From Geobacter metallireducens GS-15 (lineage in GTDB: Bacteria > Desulfobacterota > Desulfuromonadia > Geobacterales > Geobacteraceae): 32,000 bases of DNA. Positions 26,827 through 32,000 of this stretch are shown here, piece after piece. The stretch is taken from the NCBI RefSeq assembly GCF_000012925.1, contig NC_007517.1, positions 90,001-122,000 of the forward strand. The letters run 5' to 3'. Both the position numbers and the translations under genes were made by a program. Within the stretch, counting starts at the first letter, position 1, and each line of letters starts with the position of its first letter. The notes under the pieces are model-generated. The model was not told the DNA's origin, searched no databases, and saw only the letters and a list, made by a program, of their open reading frames with translations.

Positions 26827-28180
26827 TGTTGAGTGCCACGACATCGTGGACAACTTTTTGTGCCATGACATCGTGGACACTCATCTGAATCACCGCAGTT
26901 TGTAATCGAATTCCTCGACCTGATTTTTATCCAGGAAGAGTTTCAGTTTCTGTTCTTTGACATCGATAGTCGCCACCACGTATTCAAGCGCTGTCTCCGG
27001 TGGAACCGAGAAGCATTCGCCGAAGATGTTCAGCTTCAGGTCACTGCGGATAAGGCGGACAGCATGATATTTTCCGACTTCTGGCTTCTTCAGGCGATGC
27101 CTGGGAGGTTCATCCTCAGTCGGGAACCTCAGTTGCACATGCGAGGTGGCCAGTGCTTTCAGCGGCGTACTCCCCTTTAGCTTGCTGTAGCGATACTTGC
27201 TGTTGTGTCGCTGCTCAAAGGTCAGTGAGCCGACTTTCAATTCCTCTTCTGAAGTCATGATGACTTTGCCGAGGAACCGTTGTTGGTACCGGTCGTTGAA
27301 CTTTTCGATCATGCCGTTTCTCCATGGTTCAGCCATGGGTATGAACCATGGTTCGACATCGTTATGCAGGCAAAGACGAATCAGTGGTCCCATGCCGCGG
27401 GGATGTGTCGGGCTGCCGAAGAATGACATGGCATTGTCAACCTGGAGTCGTTCTGGGATGCCTAGTCGTTTCCAGACTTCCCACAAACCGTCAATGACCA
27501 TCTGACCAGCTTTGGACCGAGATGAGTGCAACCCGCACCTGACGGTTGCTGTATCGACAACATTCAGGCTGTAGAAGCGAATTGGCCCTGTCAGATAGCA
27601 TGGACCAACGAGATCAGCTTGGTGCGTCTGGTTCGGCAACGCTGACGGCAGAACTGGGTAAAGCGTCCCTTTGGCTTCGTATTTGCCGGTGCGCCGATGT
27701 GTCAGTTCATTCCTTGCAAGAATCCGATTGATGGTTCTGGTAGAAGGCAACGGCTTGACACCCAGGTCCTCCAACTCCCACAGGATGGCCTGTGCACCAC
27801 AGAACAAGCCCTTGTTGTAGAGATTGAGGCGAACCATTTTGACGATTTCTTCAATCTCTGCCGTTGTACGGTTCGGCATGGATTGTGGGCATCGGGATCG
27901 CTCGTCACTCCATACAGGGTCATCTCCATTCTGGCGAGCAACCCATTTGTATAGCCAGGAACGAGACTTGCCGAGTGATGTGCAAATTGATTCCGGGGTT
28001 TCGCCGTTTCTGAACCGTTGAACGGCCAACACCCGAAGCTGCTTGTTTTTATCTTCCATGAACACCTCCGAGTTTGATGTGGTGTTCACAGAATGCCGTG
28101 GCGACTATTCGATTGTCAGAGAACTTTGTCTACGATGTGCTGGCACATTTTTCTGTCCACGATGTCGTGGCACTCAACAA
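26827..28180 (-). mobile_element. IS481-family-like insertion sequence (1354 bp)
   Basis: The 26-bp terminal inverted repeat TGTTGAGTGCCACGACATCGTGGACA (26827..26852) is a perfect reverse complement of 28155..28180. Each end has a second subterminal near-copy: 26860..26879 (19/20) and 28127..28146 (17/20). There is a 6-bp duplication, a single rve-type DDE ORF, and repeats starting with TGT. Confidence 0.85.
26890..28059 (-). CDS. DDE (rve/integrase-core) transposase, IS481-like
   Basis: The start is ATG 28059 with GGAGGTG 3-5 nt upstream. The product has an N-terminal HTH (RFRNGETPESICTSLGKSRSWLYKWV). The candidate D-D-E residues lie in HQADLVG, LQVDNAMSF and PWRNGMIEKFN. Confidence 0.85.
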   Translation of the reverse strand: MEDKNKQLRVLAVQRFRNGETPESICTSLGKSRSWLYKWVARQNGDDPVWSDERSRCPQSMPNRTTAEIEEIVKMVRLNLYNKGLFCGAQAILWELEDLGVKPLPSTRTINRILARNELTHRRTGKYEAKGTLYPVLPSALPNQTHQADLVGPCYLTGPIRFYSLNVVDTATVRCGLHSSRSKAGQMVIDGLWEVWKRLGIPERLQVDNAMSFFGSPTHPRGMGPLIRLCLHNDVEPWFIPMAEPWRNGMIEKFNDRYQQRFLGKVIMTSEEELKVGSLTFEQRHNSKYRYSKLKGSTPLKALATSHVQLRFPTEDEPPRHRLKKPEVGKYHAVRLIRSDLKLNIFGECFSVPPETALEYVVATIDVKEQKLKLFLDKNQVEEFDYKLR

Positions 28181-28201
28181 TTAGGAAATAAAAATAACAC
28201 A

Positions 28202-29441
<1,240 letters not shown>

Positions 29442-29489
29442 TTTGTTGACTGAGAACACGGTTGCTTGTGTTCCAAATACTTTTCAGGG

Positions 29490-30203
29490 TCAGAAATCGA
29501 CACCAAGCTCCGCAAGTTGTCGCAGGGCCGTGCCGGCCCAGTCCCGGTTGGCAGCGGGGCTGGCGGGGCTGGGGTGAATGATCCGCCCCACCTCCACGTC
29601 AAAGCCCTCCAGGGCCTCGTGGCAGCGCGCCTCGGCGAACGCTCCGACGCCGATGACCACCCGTGGCCGGAGCAGTACCACGGTCCGGCGCAGGGCCAGG
29701 TCACAGGCGGCGAAGAGGGGCTCCTGCTCTCCCCGGCGCAGTTTGTCCGGGGTGATGTTGCCACCCTCGGCGGTGAGGAAGAGGAGCGGGCAGTAGTTGG
29801 CCACGAAAAAGCGGGCAAAAAACCGCTCCGGCGTCCCGAACCGCTCCCGGATGAACCCCCAGAGCCGCCGGCCGCTCACCTCGCTCCGCCGGCAGGCAAA
29901 GCCGTCGACCCGCTTTTTGGGGTGCTCGCCCGCCGGCCGCGTGACCGTGCCGTTGATCCCGAGCCACTCCGTCACCACCGCGACCTCCCCGAAGGGGACG
30001 CCGGTCTGGGCCATCCCCCAGGGGCCGGGGTTCATGCCGACGAAAAGGACTTCCTTGGGAGGGGAGCCGAAGCGGGAGAGATAGGCGACATGGGGCTCCC
30101 GGGCGTAGAGGAGGGGATTGTAGACGTGGGCCACCGGCGATGAGAAGGAAAGCCCCGCCAGGTCAGCGGCAAGGGCATCGGAAATAGCCGCGAGACCGGT
30201 CAT
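29490..30203 (-). CDS. SMUG1-family uracil-DNA glycosylase (UDG family 3)
   Basis: Motif 1 is FVGMNPGPWGMAQTGVPF and motif 2 is IIHPSPASPAANR, both hallmark SMUG1 patterns. Its ATG overlaps the M48 gene TGA (ATGA). Confidence 0.85.
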   Translation of the reverse strand: MTGLAAISDALAADLAGLSFSSPVAHVYNPLLYAREPHVAYLSRFGSPPKEVLFVGMNPGPWGMAQTGVPFGEVAVVTEWLGINGTVTRPAGEHPKKRVDGFACRRSEVSGRRLWGFIRERFGTPERFFARFFVANYCPLLFLTAEGGNITPDKLRRGEQEPLFAACDLALRRTVVLLRPRVVIGVGAFAEARCHEALEGFDVEVGRIIHPSPASPAANRDWAGTALRQLAELGVDF

Positions 30204-31243
30204 CGGCCCGCCTCCAGGACCCGCTTGATCCGCTCCTCGGTCACCGGGTGGGTGGAGAAGTAATCGCCCAGGGATTTTTTCTCCTTCTTCCCCTTCTCCT
30301 CCTGCTTCTTCCGGTGCTCCGCTTCCAGGCGGCCCAGCATGGCGGCATAGCTCTTCAGGGGGATGCCGCGGCGCTTCAGGTAGGCTACCGCGGCGTCGTC
30401 GGCCTCCGTCTCGAAGCTGCGGGAATAGGAGGCGTCGACGAGGACCGTGGGAAGCGTGGCGGCCAGGGAGGTGATGGAGGTGATGTCGCCGGTGATGGCG
30501 GCGATAATGAGGCCCGTGGCCGAGTTCTGGAGCACGTGGCGCAGGGCGTGGCGGTGCCGCACGTGCCCCATCTCGTGGGCCAGGACCCCGATCAGCTCGT
30601 CATCGCTTTGGGCAATCTCCACGAGGCGGTCGGTGACGACGATGATCCCCGACGGCAGCGCCAGGGCATTGGCCCCCAGCTGGTCGCTCCGGCGGAACTC
30701 CAGCCGGTAGCCGGCAGCAAAGGGAAGATCCCGGCCCATGCGGGAAAATTGGGCCGCGATGTCCCGGCGCCGGGCATCGGGGAGCCGGGACGGCGTGAAG
30801 ACAAGCTTGTCGAGCATCGCCAGGCTCTCCCGCCCCAGGGAGACCTCGGTGACCGGGGGAACGGCCCGGGCGACCTTGTCAGCCAACGCGGGAATCCCGA
30901 AGGCGACAAAGCCCCAGACCACGGCCACCGTCGCCACGAGGGCCACCAGGGCCAGGGGGAGGCTCCGCTCCCACCGGTGGATGGCTGCCGAGGCGCGCCC
31001 TTTCCCCTGGCGCCGCATGAGCTCGTCCACGAAGCGGGTGTCGCTCACCTCGCAGAGGGCCCCGGACGGGAACCGGACCGAGCGTCGCGCCGTGGAAAGG
31101 GGGGAGGAGATGGCGAGGCGGGAGAGCTCCGCAGAGGTCTCAACCCCCTCCCCGGCCACCAGGAGGCGGTTCCCCTCCAGGGTGAGGCGTACGGTCCGCC
31201 GGGCCGAGGTCCGGCCGTCGTAGTAGATGCCTGGGGCCGTCAT
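30200..31243 (-). CDS. M48-family zinc metallopeptidase with an N-terminal cytoplasmic domain and a TM segment
   Basis: ATG 31243 gives MTAPGIYYDGRTSARRTVRL. The product has a TM segment (LPLALVALVATVAVVWGFVAFGI) and the zinc motif VLAHEMGHVRHRH (HExxH). Track ORF 30200..31981 (593 aa) over-extends into the overlapping frame of the upstream gene. Confidence 0.85.
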   Translation of the reverse strand: MTAPGIYYDGRTSARRTVRLTLEGNRLLVAGEGVETSAELSRLAISSPLSTARRSVRFPSGALCEVSDTRFVDELMRRQGKGRASAAIHRWERSLPLALVALVATVAVVWGFVAFGIPALADKVARAVPPVTEVSLGRESLAMLDKLVFTPSRLPDARRRDIAAQFSRMGRDLPFAAGYRLEFRRSDQLGANALALPSGIIVVTDRLVEIAQSDDELIGVLAHEMGHVRHRHALRHVLQNSATGLIIAAITGDITSITSLAATLPTVLVDASYSRSFETEADDAAVAYLKRRGIPLKSYAAMLGRLEAEHRKKQEEKGKKEKKSLGDYFSTHPVTEERIKRVLEAGR

Positions 31244-32000
31244 CACAGGGCCACGTCGATCCCGAAGATATCGCCGATCTCCTCGCCGGTGGCGCTCACG
31301 TCCCCCTGGAACCCTGCCCGGAACGCCTCCATATCCGCAATCCCCTCGACGGAAAGGGTCTCGAACCGGTACCGGGCCAGCCGCACCGACGCCCACGGGA
31401 TCATGAGTCCGAGGCTCCCCATGATGGCCACGGCGTTGGAGAGATAGAGCCAGGCCATGTCCCGGACCCGCATCCGGCTCACAAAGCTGCTTCCTGCGAT
31501 GCCGGTGCTGTTCCAGGTAAGGTTCGCCAGGGCGGTCTGCACGTAGACCACGATGAAGAAGTAGAGAAACGGCAGGGTGAAGATCATGAGGGCACCCACC
31601 ATCATCTGGGTCCGGTGCAGGTCGCCGCCGGCCAGGAGCGCCCCCCCTTCGGCCAGGGTGGAGATCACGTAGAAGGCCGCCGGCATCACCACCACCAGCA
31701 GGAGCACGAGCCACCCAGCCGCCTTCAGGAAGAGGACGTAGTAATCCTTTCCCGTGGCCGTGAAAGTGAAGGGGGTACGACCGAACGAGCTCCGCTCCAC
31801 GAGAAACTTCTTCTGGCGATAGATGAGGTAGGGGAAGATGAGCCCCAGCGTGAACGGCACCAGGAAGGCGAGGCCGGCAAATATTACGTAGGCCTCCTGG
31901 TAGTCGTCCCGGAAGGCAAAACGGAGGCTGCGGTAGCTGGAGTTGCGGTTGTTGAAAAGTCGCGAACGGACCACGAGCCACGGCACCGTCAGGAAGAAAA
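31243..32000 (-). CDS. YjgN/DUF898-family inner-membrane protein, partial (N-terminus lies outside the window)
   Basis: The frame is open to the window edge (…FFLTVPWLVVRSRLFNNRNSSYRSLRFAF…). It has multiple TM segments, and its TGA shares one base with the M48 ATG (TGATG). The family call rests on my recollection of DUF898 sequence patterns. Confidence 0.65.
   Translation of the reverse strand, partial: FFLTVPWLVVRSRLFNNRNSSYRSLRFAFRDDYQEAYVIFAGLAFLVPFTLGLIFPYLIYRQKKFLVERSSFGRTPFTFTATGKDYYVLFLKAAGWLVLLLVVVMPAAFYVISTLAEGGALLAGGDLHRTQMMVGALMIFTLPFLYFFIVVYVQTALANLTWNSTGIAGSSFVSRMRVRDMAWLYLSNAVAIMGSLGLMIPWASVRLARYRFETLSVEGIADMEAFRAGFQGDVSATGEEIGDIFGIDVAL

Noticed and set aside
30200-31981. A 593-aa ORF suggesting one large protein across 30200..31981.
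   Set aside because: Only the C-terminal 347 aa, from ATG 31243, look like a real protein (M48 peptidase). The N-terminal part is an Arg/Pro/Gly-rich out-of-frame overlap of the DUF898 gene, whose own frame ends at 31243.

Overview
High-GC chromosomal segment, about 65-70% G+C in the lines I hand-counted. Gene content looks deltaproteobacterial and Geobacter-like; this taxonomy is inferred from gene content (gatCAB, a bacterial SMUG1-type glycosylase, many sigma-54 features), not from a search. Almost all genes are on the minus strand. The core genes are gatB, gatA and gatC, a Cache-type hybrid histidine kinase, a two-HKD phospholipase-D protein, a repeat-expanded SPFH/flotillin protein and a YiiX-type permuted papain hydrolase. 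They continue with a secreted CX5R phosphatase, a 1128-aa LplT-PlsC-Aas fusion, an amidohydrolase, a sigma-54 activator, PcrA/UvrD, Ogt, an LpxL-like acyltransferase, a Crp/Fnr regulator and a DUF898-M48-SMUG1 operon. Accessory content is: (i) a low-GC island of about 3.7 kb (7365-11060, roughly 35-40% G+C) carrying a class-III nucleotide cyclase, a 3-TM effector and a second divergent cyclase paralogue; (ii) an ISL3 element with an 8-bp target duplication that splits the effector gene; (iii) an IS481-like element with 26-bp perfect inverted repeats and a 6-bp duplication just upstream of the crp/fnr start; (iv) an adjacent IS110-family element with a long 5' non-coding end; (v) an internally deleted dinD-like remnant wedged between gatA and gatB. 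The best candidate for an undescribed system is the cyclase-effector-cyclase triad. It looks like Pycsar plus a third, catalytically asymmetric cyclase subunit, and is currently inactivated by the IS. No rRNA, tRNA or CRISPR array was seen. Many long plus-strand ORFs in the track are antisense shadows of high-GC genes.
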